Source of the DNA: an uncultured Gemmatimonadales bacterium
Lineage (GTDB): Bacteria; Gemmatimonadota; Gemmatimonadetes; Gemmatimonadales; GWC2-71-9
Length of the DNA stretch: 64,000 nucleotides
Direction: 5' to 3'
Assembly (NCBI GenBank): GCA_963821525.1
Contig: CAWGED010000012.1
Span: forward strand, 187,443 to 251,442
Notes under the pieces: generated by a model
What the model saw: the letters and a program-made list of their open reading frames with translations, nothing else
The model's database searches: none
What the model was told of the DNA's origin: nothing
Shown: piece by piece, positions 1 to 11,039 of the stretch
How the letters are laid out: each line of letters begins with the position of its first letter
Position numbering within the stretch: the stretch's first letter is position 1
Position numbers and translations under genes: made by a program

Positions 1-1086
1 TCCGCCGCAACGGGGTGGAAGTCATCGTAGGCCACGCCTCTTTCCTGGACCCTCACACGCTTGTGGTGCGCGCGGGAGACAGCTGGAGGGAGATAACGGC
101 GAAGAACATTCTCATCGCCGTGGGGACCGTTCCGGCTCCCTCCCTCGGAATGGCAGCCGACGGGGTATCGATCGTCACCAGCGACGACATCGTCCGGCTG
201 CCCCGCATCCCCAAGACCCTCACTGTGGTGGGCGCCGGAGTCATCGGCACCGAATACGCCTCGATCTTCGCGGCGCTCGGCGTGGGGGTGACGCTGGTCG
301 ACAAGCGCCGTCGTCCGCTGGAATTTCTGGATGAGGAGATCGTGGACGAGTTGCTGCATCAGCTCCGGCGGCGCAACCTCATCTTTCGCCCTGGGGAAAC
401 GGTGGACCGGCTGGATATCTCCGAGGACGAACCGAAGCGAGTGGTGCATCCACCTGGAATCGGGGAAGCGCATCGTTTCCGACATGGCGCTGTTCTCGGT
501 CGGACGGATGGGTGCCACCGCTCAGCTCGACCTGAATTTGGCCGGCCTCAAAGCGGATGAACGAGGGCGGCTGCAGGTGGACGACCAGTTCCGCACCGTG
601 GTCCCGCACATCTACGCCGCAGGCGACGTGATCGGCCACCCGAGCCTCGCCGCGACGTCGAGCGAGCAGGGCCGGCTCGCCGCCTGCTACGCGCTGGGCA
701 ACCCGGTCTCAAAGATGCGGCAGCACTTCCCGATCGGGATCTACTCCATTCCGGAAATCTCGATGGTGGGTGAAGCGGAACACGAGTTGACCAGCCAGAA
801 GATTCCCTACGAGGTTGGGATCGCCCGGTACCGGGAGATCGCGAGAGGGCAGATCCTGGGAGACGACAGCGGCTTCTTCAAGATGCTGTTCCACCGGGAA
901 GACCGCCGTCTCCTCGGCGTGCACATCATCGGAACCGGGGCAACGGAACTCCTGCACATCGGCCAGACCGTGCTCGCCCTGGGAGCCGGGCTCGACTACT
1001 TCATGGAAACGGTGTTCAACTACCCCACGCTCGCCGAGTGTTACAAGGTGGCGGCGCTGAATGCGGCGAATAAGTTGGCGGTGTGA
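1..1086 (+). CDS. sthA: Soluble pyridine nucleotide transhydrogenase (5'-partial, one frameshift near 450)
   Basis: ORFs 15..560 and 331..1086 join into a flavoprotein disulfide reductase fold: VVGAGVIGTEYA, IYAAGDVIG, GIYSIPEIS and C-terminal FNYPTLAECYKVAALNA typical of SthA/UdhA. Confidence 0.88.
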
Positions 1087-1170
1087 GGGGGCGGTAGGGC
1101 GGTAAGGCGGACCGGGCGGACCGGCGGACAGGCAAACCGACGAACCGACGAACCGACGAACCAACGACGC
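1087..1170. repeat. Octamer tandem arrays (GGCGGTAG/GGCGGACC then AACCGACG x4) between convergent sthA and ligD
   Basis: Directly visible tandem units. Confidence 0.75.
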
Positions 1171-1174
1171 TCAC

Positions 1175-3756
1175 TCACGACTGCCCCGACAACTTCTCCA
1201 ACGCCTCCCCCAGATCCGGAACTTCCGTCAGCACCGGCGCCACCGGGTCGTGACCCAGCTTCTGCATCCGCTCGATGGCCGTCCGGATAGTGAACTTCGT
1301 GGGATCGAGCTTGTTGTTGACCTCCTTCCACTCCAGCGGCATGGAGACCGTCGCCCCCGGCAAGGGCCGAACCGCGTAGGGCGCCACGATCAGCTGCCCG
1401 TGACGGTTCTGCATGTAGTCGAGATAGACCTTGGTCCCTCGGCTCCGGATGTGCCGGATGATGGTGGTGATGTCTCCCAGCTCACGCATCACGACTCGCG
1501 CGAGCAATTCCCCGAGCCCTCGAGACATCTCCCAGGTGAGCTGCTTACCCAGGGGCACCATCACGTGCAGGCCGGTCTTTCCGGTCGTCTTCACGTAGTT
1601 GGGCAAGCCCGCCGCTTCACACCGCTCATGTAAGAGCCGAGCGACCTTGATCACATCGCTGAAGGGGGCCTCCTTGGGGTCGAGATCCATGACACACCAG
1701 TCAGGACGCTCCAGCGAGCCCGCGCTGCTGAGCCAGAGATGCAGCGGGATCGCCCCCATGTTCGCGATATAGAGCAGAGAATCGAGATCATCGCACACGA
1801 AATACTTGATGTCCCGCCCGGTATCTTCGCTCCAGATCGGAACCGTCCGAATCCAATCCGGTATGAAGTCTGGCGCATCCTTCTGATAGAACGACTTTCC
1901 CTCGATCCCGTCTGGAAAGCGGGTGAGCACGACCGGCCTGTCGCGCAGATAAGGGAGCAGCCAGGGCGAGACTCCGCGGTAGTACTCGATTAGATCGCCC
2001 TTGGTGTAACCCTCGGCCGGCCAGAAGACTTTCTTCAGGTTGGTGAGTTGCAGGGGGACAGAGCGGCGGCTCGGCGGCTCGGCGGCACGGCTCGGCGGCT
2101 CGGCGGCAGCGCGGCTCGGCGGCTCGGCTTTGGCCTTCCGACCTTTCTTCGGTTCGTCATTCGATAATTCCGCCATTCCGCCATTCCGCCATTTGGCGAG
2201 TTCCGATGCACTCCTCGGGTTTCTTATCGTCGCGCCAGCGGAGGAACACCGGGTGACGCAGCAGGCCTTCATCGGTCCACTCGGTGAAGCGCACCTCACA
2301 GACCAATTCCGGTTCAACCCAGGTTGAGTCCTTCTTCGCCTCCGTGGGCACCTTCTCGCAGGGCGGCGTCTTTCGCTTCTTCTGCTCCAGGTGCTCCCGA
2401 ATTCCGGTGAGATCCTTGTCGGTGAGCCCGCTGCCCGCGCGACCGGAATAGGTCAGCGCTCCGTCCACATACTGCGCGAGATGGAGCGCCCCCAGCCCCG
2501 CGCGCGATCCCTTGGGAGCGGTGAAGCCGACCACGACGAAATCGTCGCTCTTGGCCGCACGAAGCTTGAGCCAGTTTCCCGAGCGGCCACCTTTGTAGGG
2601 GGCATCGGCCTTCTTTGCGACAAGACCCTCCAGCCCCATGCGTTCGGCCTCGGCGAAAGCCCGCTCCCCTTCCCGCTCGACGTGGTCGACGTAGCGGATG
2701 GCGCCGACCTCGGGGACGACCTGTTTCAGGATTTCCTTTCTTGCCTCCAGCGGCAGCGGGCGCAGGTCGTAGGGACCAAAGGCGAGAAGATCGAAGACGA
2801 AGTAGACCACCGGTTGCTCGATCGCCGCGCGCTGCACCTCGAGCGGGCGCCGGAGCCTGCCCCGTTGCTGCAATCCCTGAAAACTCGGCCGTCCGGTCGG
2901 ATCCAGCGCCACCACCTCGCCGTCAAAGATCAGCGAATCGAACGGCATCGCCGCTACAGACTTCGCGATCTCGGGAAAGGTGACGGTAGCGTCGTTGTGA
3001 TTGCGGGTGAGGAGAACAACCTGCCCCTTCCGCCGTTCGGCAAGGAGCCGGTATCCGTCGAGCTTAAGCTCGAACAGCCAGCCGTCGCGGGTGAACGGCT
3101 TCTCGGCAACTTCCGCCAGCATCAAGTCAACTTTGTCCGCCGTGATCTCCCGCTTGAGCGCCTTCACCCGCTCGAGAGCCTTCAGCACGGGCGCCGCCAG
3201 ATCCGTCCTTGCCTTCATGTCTTCGACGGTGACGCCGGAAAGCACGGAGCCCTCGGGCACTTCGCGCGCCACCGGGAGTTACGTACGCATCCCGTTCCTT
3301 GATCAGCAACCATTCCTTTTCGCCCTTCTTCAGCTTCACGAGAGTCCACATTCCGTGCAGCTTGTGGCCATCGAGGCGGAACAGGAGCTTCCCCTTCGCC
3401 AGGCCCTCGTTGGGGTCACCGACGGGAGTCCAGCTACCCCGGTCCCACACGATCACCGCTCCAGCGCCGTAGTTGCCCTCGGGAATCATCCCTTCGAAGT
3501 CCCCGTACTCCACCGGGTGATCCTCGACGTGCACCGCCAGGCGCTTGTCGTTCGGATCGTAGGACGGACCCTTGGGCACGGCCCAGGAGCGGAGGACCCC
3601 ATCCATTTCGAGCCGAAGATCGAAGTGAAGCCGACGGGCGGCGTGTTTGTGCACGACGAACAGGTGCCCGCCACCCGGGGCAACGGATCCGCCCGGCTCC
3701 GGGGTGGCCTCGAGACGTCGCTTGGCCCGATAGGATGAGAGCGGATGCTCAGGCAT
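1175..3756 (-). CDS. ligD: NHEJ DNA ligase D, domain order phosphoesterase-ligase-polymerase (frameshifts near 3275 and 2200)
   Basis: PE domain (KHAARRLHFDLRLE, SWAVPKGP, VEDHP) in ORF 3127..3810; ligase (ELKLDGYR, EGLVAKK, LRHPVF) in 2157..3272; primase-polymerase (FYQK, DLDP, KTTGKTGLH, YLDYMQN) in 1175..2317. Confidence 0.93.
2064..2193. repeat. GGCTCGGC and ATTCCGCC octamer arrays inside the LigD ligase-polymerase linker
   Basis: Tandem units visible; they translate as AEPPSR repeats and WRNGGMA. Confidence 0.85.
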
Positions 3757-3886
3757 GGTCGGAAAAAGACAGGTAATCGGGGGAAAGGTAAAGAGGGCGG
3801 GAAGGCTCACGTCTCACGTCACCTCCGACTTGCAGTCTTACAAGTTCCAATCCTATTGTAAACTTTCCTCCGTCCGTCTGGGAAAT

Positions 3887-4762
3887 ATGGCTGCACGTAC
3901 CATGGGTTCCGCGACAATCTCCTTCGGGCTCGTTTCCGTGCCCGTCGTCATGTACTCCTCGAGCGAGTCCGCGGCGAGCGTCTCGTTCAACATGCTGCAC
4001 AAGAGCTGCGGGACCCGGCTCAAGCAGCAGTATATCTGCCCCAAGGACAACGTGGTGGTCGAGAAGGACGAGGTCGCCAAGGGGTACGAGTTCTCCAAGG
4101 GTCAGTACGTCTTGTTCTCCCCCGAAGAACTGAAGGCCCTCGACGAGAAGGCCACCAACACCATCGACATTTCGGAGTTCGTGCCACTGGCGAAGGTGGA
4201 CCGGATCTACCTCGAGAAGGCCTACTACCTGGGGCCCGACAAGGGTGGTGAACGCGCCTACCGGCTGTTGCTCGAGGCCCTGAGGGTGAGCGGCCGGGCG
4301 GCAGTGGGGCAGTATTCCGCCCGCGGGAAGCAGAACCTGATCCTGGTGCGTCCCCTGGAGGGAGCGCTGGTTCTGGAACAGCTGCACTATGCCGATGAGC
4401 TGCGCCCGGTGAGCGAGGTGCCGATCCCCGACACCCAGGTGAAGGACGCGGAGTTGCAGCTGGCCAAGCAATTGATCGACCAGTCCGCCACCGACGAGTT
4501 CAAGCCGGCCCAGTATCACGACACGGTGAAAGACCGGGTCCTGGAGGCGATTCAAGCCAAGGTGGATGGCCAGGAGATCGTGGCCGACGAGCCGCAGGCC
4601 CAGGAGACCAAGATCATCGACCTGATGGAAGCGCTGAAGGCGAGCCTCTCCAAGTCGGGCAAGGCCCCCGCCGGGAAGGCGCCGGCGATGAAGGTCGTCA
4701 AGGGCGGCAAGGCCGCGAAGTCGGGAGGGGAGAAGAGGGTGAAGAAGGCCGCGAGGGGATAG
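3887..4762 (+). CDS. ku: Ku protein (NHEJ) with Lys-rich C-terminal tail
   Basis: ISFGLVSVPV, KGYEFSKGQYV, IDISEFV, YYLGP, IIDLMEALKASL; divergent from ligD. Confidence 0.95.
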   Translation: MAARTMGSATISFGLVSVPVVMYSSSESAASVSFNMLHKSCGTRLKQQYICPKDNVVVEKDEVAKGYEFSKGQYVLFSPEELKALDEKATNTIDISEFVPLAKVDRIYLEKAYYLGPDKGGERAYRLLLEALRVSGRAAVGQYSARGKQNLILVRPLEGALVLEQLHYADELRPVSEVPIPDTQVKDAELQLAKQLIDQSATDEFKPAQYHDTVKDRVLEAIQAKVDGQEIVADEPQAQETKIIDLMEALKASLSKSGKAPAGKAPAMKVVKGGKAAKSGGEKRVKKAARG

Positions 4763-4851
4763 GTTCAAGGGTCGTCGGTCGGGAGTCATGAGTCTTGAGT
4801 CAACGGACTCACGACCCAAGACCCCCGACCTGAGGCCATCGCTCCCAGGCC

Positions 4852-5679
4852 ATGAAATCCTACAGCACAGCCGACGTTGCCCGCCTGATCGCACTCACGC
4901 CCCCGCAGGTTCGGGCGTACGCTCGGGCGGGCTTTCTGCGTCCGGCCCGGGGTCCGCGTAACACCTACCGGTTCTCCTTCCAGGATCTCGTGCTGCTCCG
5001 TGCCGCCAAGGCGCTACGCGATGGACACGTCCCGGGCCGCCGCATTCGTCGGGCGCTCCGTGGGCTGGCCCAGACCCTCCCGGCCGGTCGAGCGCTGAGC
5101 GAGATGCGGATCACTGCCGATGGGAACCGCGTGGTGGTGCGGGACAACGGCTGGATCTGGCAGCCGGATTCCGGCCAGATGCTGTTCGACCTCAGGGTCG
5201 GCAACCTGGCCCGGAAGGCTGCTCCGATCGCGCGGCGCCATGCGCGTCATGCGCGAGCTCGGGAGGAGACGCTCTCGGCGGACGACTGGTTCGGTCTCGG
5301 TGAGGAACTCGAGGCGGTCGAGCCCAGCGATGCGGAGGATGCGTATCGCCGTGCGCTGGCGCTCGACCCGCGGAACGCCGACGCGCACGTCAACCTCGGC
5401 CGGCTGCTCCAGGAGCGAGGGCGGGTGGAAGAAGCCGTTCTCCAGTATGAGGAAGCGCTTCGGCTCTCCCCCAAGCACGCACCCGCCGCCTTTAACCTCG
5501 GCACCGCCCTCGAAGATCTGAAGCGCACCAATGCCGCGATCGCAGCCTACCGCCGGGCAGTCGCACTGGACGAACAGCTCGCGGACGCCCACTACAACTT
5601 GTCGCGGCTCTACGAGAAAATAGGACAGCGTCAGGCAGCACTGCGGCATCTGAGCGCGTACCGGGACCTGGTTCGCTGA
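4852..5679 (+). CDS. MerR-like helix-turn-helix plus TPR protein
   Basis: N-terminal YSTADVARLIALTPPQVRAY...YRFSFQDLVLLR; C-terminal TPR units (YRRALALDP..NADAHVNLG, AFNLG, AHYNL). Confidence 0.8.
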   Translation: MKSYSTADVARLIALTPPQVRAYARAGFLRPARGPRNTYRFSFQDLVLLRAAKALRDGHVPGRRIRRALRGLAQTLPAGRALSEMRITADGNRVVVRDNGWIWQPDSGQMLFDLRVGNLARKAAPIARRHARHARAREETLSADDWFGLGEELEAVEPSDAEDAYRRALALDPRNADAHVNLGRLLQERGRVEEAVLQYEEALRLSPKHAPAAFNLGTALEDLKRTNAAIAAYRRAVALDEQLADAHYNLSRLYEKIGQRQAALRHLSAYRDLVR

Positions 5680-5691
5680 CTGGAGGGGACG

Positions 5692-6393
5692 GTGCGGATT
5701 CTGTCGGGGACCAGCGGATGGTCGTTCAAGGAATGGAAGGGCAGCTTCTATCCGGCCGACCTGCCGGCGGACCGCTACCTCGCCTATTACGCCGAGCGTT
5801 TCGGCACCGTCGAGGTGAACAACACGTTCTATCGGATGCCCAAGGAGAGCGTCCTGCTCGAGTGGGCCGCTCAGGTGCCGCCGCAATTTCGATTCGCCGT
5901 CAAGGCATCCCAGCGCATCACCCACTATTCCCGCCTCAAGGACGTGGCGGACAACCTCGCCTACTTCCTCCGCATCACGAACTCGCTGGGCGAGGCGCGG
6001 GGGCCGTCTCTCTTCCAGCTGCCTCCCAACCTGAAGAAAGATCTCCCGCTTCTGGTGGACTTCCTCGCCCAGCTGCCGCCGCGCTGGCGCTCGACTGTCG
6101 AGTTCCGGCATCCGACCTGGCTCGCGGACGATGTGTACGATGCTTTACGAGAAAAGGATGTTGCGCTCTGTGTGGCGGACCAGGATGATTTCTCGGTGCC
6201 GCCCATTGCGACGGCTTCGTGGGGTTATCTCAGGCTGCACCGGCTGACCTATGATGAGGCGGCTTTGGCGCGGTGGGCGGAGACGGTGCAGAAACAGCCG
6301 TGGGAGGAGTGCTACGTCTACTTCAAGCACGACGAGACCGAGGGCAGCGGCCCCGAGGCGGCGACCGCGTTTACCCGGTTAGTTCAGACCTAG
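5692..6393 (+). CDS. DUF72 (YecE-like) protein
   Basis: GTSGWS..W.G.FYP, VEVNNTFYRMP, FAVKA, LFQLPP, EFRH, YLRLH, YVYFKH. Confidence 0.92.
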   Translation: MRILSGTSGWSFKEWKGSFYPADLPADRYLAYYAERFGTVEVNNTFYRMPKESVLLEWAAQVPPQFRFAVKASQRITHYSRLKDVADNLAYFLRITNSLGEARGPSLFQLPPNLKKDLPLLVDFLAQLPPRWRSTVEFRHPTWLADDVYDALREKDVALCVADQDDFSVPPIATASWGYLRLHRLTYDEAALARWAETVQKQPWEECYVYFKHDETEGSGPEAATAFTRLVQT

Positions 6394-6454
6394 GATACTG
6401 GTCTCGCGCCAGCCTCACCCCCTGTCCCGCCTCTCCCACCTTACGTCTCACGTC

Positions 6455-9389
6455 TTACGTCCCACCCCTGACCCCACACTCCTCAGCCACCAGGTCCATC
6501 TCCTCCAGGAAGCGCATCCCCCCGGTGGGATTCTGATCCCGGCGATCGACCCTCGTGAGCACCAGCCGGTCCATGGCGCGGGTCATTCCCACGTAGAGCA
6601 GGCGTCTCGCTTCCTCTACTTCGCTGGGCTTCGTTTCACCGTTTCCAGTCTTGATCCCGGGCAGCTCTGAATCCTCGGCCCCGACGACATAGACCCGGGG
6701 GAATTCGAGGCCCTTGGTGGAATGCAGGGTGAGCAGGCTCACTCGGCCCCGATCCAGCTCCGGACCTCCGCGGGTGTTGGAGAGTGCGACCCTATCCAGA
6801 AAATCGGAGAGTTGCTCCATAAGGGGTGTTGTCTCAGGAACGCTGTCGAGCAGGCGACGGAGCCGGGCCATGGCAGCCGGATAGCGCTCGTCCGCGGTCC
6901 GCTCCTTCCGCAGTCTCTCCATGAGGATTCTGCCGCCTAACCGTTCGATCAGCTCCTCGCGCGCTGGCGCGTTCTCCCCGCCTGGGCGAGCCCGCTCCGC
7001 CTCATATGATTCGAGCGCCTTGGAGTAGCGGCCCAGGGCGAAGAGCTTGCCCAGATCGAAAAAGAGCCTTGCCTCGCTCTTCTCTCCGGGATTGCTGAGC
7101 GCCAGTGCGACGGCGAGGTGATCGATCGCGGAGACGAGGCTCGTCTTTCTGGCCCGAGCGAGCTTCTGGGTTTCGAGCTTGAGGAAGACCCCGGCCAGGG
7201 TGCGGGCGTCATCGAGCGCATGATGCTCCCGTCCCGGTCTCGATCCCGAAGCTGTGGGCCAGATTCGCCAGTGCCCGGCTGCCCGGGTGAAGCATCCGTG
7301 CGAGAGGCAGAGTGTCGAGCGCGAGGAAGTCATTCCCTGCAGGATGGTCCTTCGCCAGCCGGCGCAGTACGGGGAAGTCGAACCCGTGTCCGTTGTGAGC
7401 GACCAGCAGATCGTCTGCGGCAAAGGCACGGAACTCGGTCCATACCGATGCAAAGTCCGGAGCGCCTGCGAGGGCCTCATCGGTGTAGCCGTGAATCGCG
7501 ACGGAACGGGGGCTCACCGGCTGGGTTGGCTTGACCAACCGCTGGAAATCCTCGACGACCACCCCGTCCCGTACCCGGACCGCTCCCAACTCCACCACGT
7601 CACAGCCATCCGCGTCGTTGTCCGTGGTCTCGACGTCCACCGAGACGAAATCGCGGAACGCGTCTCCCCCCGACTCGGCCGCGACCACCTGCAGGGCCTT
7701 GAAGAGCTCCAGGCAACGAGTCGCCGGATCTCCCCCGGATTCGAGCACCACGTCTTCCGGCCGCGGTTTCGCCTCCGGCCCCTGATACTCCACCATGGTC
7801 ACCCCGGCTTCCCGAAGAAGGCCGGCCAGCCCCAGCTCGGCGCCGCCCATCCGAGGGAGCCAGGCAGTCCCACGGCCATAGCGGATCCGAGCGAGGCGCT
7901 GTGCCAATTCGGTCGCCGCCGGGTGGCCGGCGGGATCGGTGATCTCCTCCGCGTGCTCTTCGAGAATGGTCCGGTACTCACCGACCCGTTGGGAGAGCAG
8001 CTCTCCGATCAGGCCGGCGAGATCGTCATGTCGCTCGGCGAAGACCGGGAGGTTGCCGAGGACGTAAAGGCAGCGCCGTATCTTGCGCCCGTCCTCGTCC
8101 TTGTGGGGTAACTGCCGGCCAAGCTGCCGAAGCCACTCCACGAACTCGGTGCGCTTCTGCTCCGCGTCGGCTCTGAGCGTGTCATACAGGGCCTGGGGCA
8201 ACACGACTTTAATGAACTGTTCTTCCAGAATCGGATCGCCGGGGCGTTCGATGACCCGCAACGCCGCGATCAGATACTTGACCACCTTCACGTCCGCCAA
8301 GGCCCTTCCCTCGGCGAGCTGGCAGGGTATTCCCGCTTCGACCAGGCGCGCCTCCAGCGCTTCGCCGATCGAGTGCTTGCGGTAGAGCAGCGCGAAATCA
8401 CCCCATGCCAGCGTGTTCTCGTCCCGATCCTGCACCAGATCGGCGACCAGCCAGTCGGCTTCCGCTTTCTCATCGGGGAAATGGCGGACCAGTACCGGCC
8501 AGCGCGACTCGCGAGTCGCGCTCAGTTCCTTCTCATGCAGCCTGGGATTATGAGCGACGAGCCGCCGTGCCGTAGTGAAGATTTCCCGCGTACAACGCCG
8601 GTTCTCATTCAGAACGATGGGGTCTGCTGTGATCTTGTAGTCGTTCAGAAAGCGACGTAGAACTCTGGGATCGGCTCCGGTCCAGGAGAAGATTGACTGC
8701 TCGTCGTCTCCCACCATGAAAATGTTGCGGTGATCCCGAGCCAGTCGATTGAGAATCGCGTACTGGAACGGGTTCAGATCCTGGGCTTCGTCGACCAGGA
8801 CATAGGACCACCGCGCCGCGATTTCAGCCGCGACGTCCGCCCGGGTGCGGATCAGCTGCTCGGCTCGGACCACCAGATCATCGAAGTCCAACAGCCCTCG
8901 CGCCTCGAGAATCTCCTGATACCGCTGGAAGAGTTTCGCGGTGTAGTCACCGAGGGGCTCGCCGAGGATTTTGTGCTGACTGAAGTACTTGAGGGGCCAG
9001 GAGGCTGGGTAGCGGTGACCGGCGCGGCGCAGCACCTGAGCCTGATACTCCTCGTCGGCAATTCCAAAACCCTGGGTCAGCCCGATCGCGGAGCCGTACT
9101 GCCTGAGCAGCTGCACGCACAGAGCGTGAATCGTCGAGCGGGTGACCTGATCCGCCGCGAGTCCCAGTGAGCCGCGCAACCGGTGGGCGATCTCTCCCGC
9201 GGCCTTATTGGTGAAGGTGACCGCGACGATTCGTTCCGGAGCGACTTCCAGCCGCCCGATCAGGTAGCGAATCCGCTCGATCAGGCAGAAGGTCTTCCCT
9301 GCCCCCGGTCCGGCCAGAACCAGCAGCGGGCCGAGCGGGGCCTCGATGGCCTGGCGCTGACGAGCGGTTGGAACGGGAGGAGAGATCAT
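6455..9389 (-). CDS. UvrD/PcrA-like SF1A helicase with internal DEDDh 3'-5' exonuclease domain (frameshift near 7230)
   Basis: Motifs GPGAGKT, TFTNKAA, VDEAQD, GDDEQSIF, TLHSTKGLEF, EEARRLLYVGMTRA; exonuclease motifs DVETT, AHNGHGFD, HHALDD lie between them. Confidence 0.88.
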
Positions 9390-10079
9390 TCGTCCGCGCC
9401 GCGAGGACCCAGGTCGGCCCAGGCAGCAATGGTTGCCGCCATGTCCTCCTGAACCTCGACCTTGGTGCGGCCGCTGCCCTTTTTCACGCCGAAGGAGTGA
9501 TCGGCTCCATCAAAGAGCTCCAGCCTCGCGTGGGGACCCAGCCCGGCACAGACCTCGGTGATGAGGTCGAGCCGCGCGAAATCGTCGCGAGTGCCCTGCA
9601 GGAACAGCATGGGAATCCGGACCGAAGCCAGGTGTACGGCTCGTTCGAGGCCTGGCTTCCCGGGCGCATGCAGCGGGAATCCAAGGAAGACCAGCCCGCA
9701 CACCTCGTCCAACGGAGACTCCGCGTGCGCTCCCGAGGTCATCCGTCCGCCGAACGACTTGCCACCGGCAAGCAGCGGGATTCCGGGCAACAGTTCGGCT
9801 GCCTTCGCCACCGCGGCTCGAACTGTCGTGTGCGCGACCGGCGGGGGAATCGGTTCGGCTCTTCTTCGCCTCCATGTAGGGAAACTGGTAGCGAAGGGTG
9901 GCAATGCCGGAGGCCGCGAGTAGTCGCGCCATCGAATCGAGAAAAGGGTGCCGCATACCGGCGCCAGCTCCATGTGCCACGACGTAGAGATGGGTCACGT
10001 CGTCAGCAATCTGCAACAGCCCACTGACACTGCTGTCATTGAGCTTGATGGAGACCGATTCAGGCGCGGGCAAGGTCAT
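9386..10079 (-). CDS. Alpha/beta hydrolase, KANL3/Tex30-like (frameshift near 9860)
   Basis: [36 protein letters not shown] across ORFs 9510..10121 and 9386..9973. Confidence 0.85.
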
Positions 10080-10237
10080 TCTAGTGGCTGGGAAGTTGGT
10101 ACAAAGATACCTACCCCACAACGACTTAGCTCATCGCGTGGCGATCGTCACAGAGTGCCAACCGGGGGCCGGGCCAAGTTGCAGGTACGTGGCGGAGGCC
10201 GATTTTGCCACACTGAATTCTTCATGAGGAGGATGCA

Positions 10238-10891
10238 ATGGAAAATCCATCCACCAGTTCAGCCGCGTGGTCCGGCGGGAGCAAGATTCTGGTTGGAATC
10301 TTGAGTCTCGCTGTGGCTGGAGTCGTCGCGGCCGCGGTCGTCACTAAGGGCGGTCGCACGGTGGAAGCTACCATACCAGCCGGTACTTCGGTGGTCGGCG
10401 CGCTCGAGCACACGATTTCGACCGAGAATAGCGACGCAGGTGAAGCGGTAGCGCTCACGACTACCGAGCCGATGCAGCTGTCGGGTGGTACGCTTCCGGC
10501 CGGCGCCGTTCTGCATGGCGAAGTGACCCACGTGAAGGGCGGAGGCCGCATTGCCGGAGCACCCGAACTCACCCTGCGGTTCACCCGGCTGGAAGTCGAT
10601 GGCAATGACTATCCCATTGCGGCCGATCCCTGGCGGGTAAAGGGCAAGGATGACCTCGGCGAGAGTGTGGCCGAGATCGGCGGTGGTGCGGTGGTGGGCG
10701 GCGTGGTGGGCGGAATCGCGGGCCACGGGTCAACCAAGGGCATCGTCACCGGTGCGGCGGTGGGTGCGGTACTCGGAACCGGCGTCGCCGTCGCTACCAA
10801 AGGAGGCCAGATCGTATTGCCCGCCGGCCAGCGGCTGAAGGTGAGGCTGGCGGAGGGCGTGAAGGTGAAGTACGAGCCGGAGAAGACGTAG
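10238..10891 (+). CDS. Membrane-anchored hypothetical protein with TrbI/VirB10-like beta domain and glycine zipper
   Basis: GAGGAGG RBS, N-terminal TM, IPAGT..LPAGA.L.G.V pattern, GGGAVVGGVVGGIAG zipper, VLPAGQ.L.VRL. Confidence 0.6.
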   Translation: MENPSTSSAAWSGGSKILVGILSLAVAGVVAAAVVTKGGRTVEATIPAGTSVVGALEHTISTENSDAGEAVALTTTEPMQLSGGTLPAGAVLHGEVTHVKGGGRIAGAPELTLRFTRLEVDGNDYPIAADPWRVKGKDDLGESVAEIGGGAVVGGVVGGIAGHGSTKGIVTGAAVGAVLGTGVAVATKGGQIVLPAGQRLKVRLAEGVKVKYEPEKT

Positions 10892-10932
10892 TAGGCGGGA
10901 AGGCGGGTGAGGGCGGTAGGGCGGTAGGTAGG

Positions 10933-10979
10933 AAAAGGCGGGAGGTTTGGAGGAAACTCCGGACCTTCCGCCTTTTCTT
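10933..10979 (+). terminator. Intrinsic terminator-like hairpin
   Basis: AAAAGGCGGGAGGTTTGGAG-GAAA-CTCCGGACCTTCCGCCTTTTCTT: 20-bp stem allowing G-U pairs, GAAA loop, T tract, just after the stop at 10891. Confidence 0.65.
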
Positions 10980-11039
10980 ACCGTCTGACCGCCTTCCCGT
11001 CCGCGGCAAAGGCCGAGTCAATTCGTCTTGAGCCGAGCA

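Noticed and set aside
1175..3756. Split ligD or programmed frameshifting in ligD, lhr and others
   Set aside because: Frameshifts affect many unrelated genes with no slippery-site pattern; sequencing indels are the simpler explanation
10238..10891. Type IV secretion or conjugation locus suggested by a VirB10-like pattern
   Set aside because: No other T4SS genes nearby and the resemblance is weak
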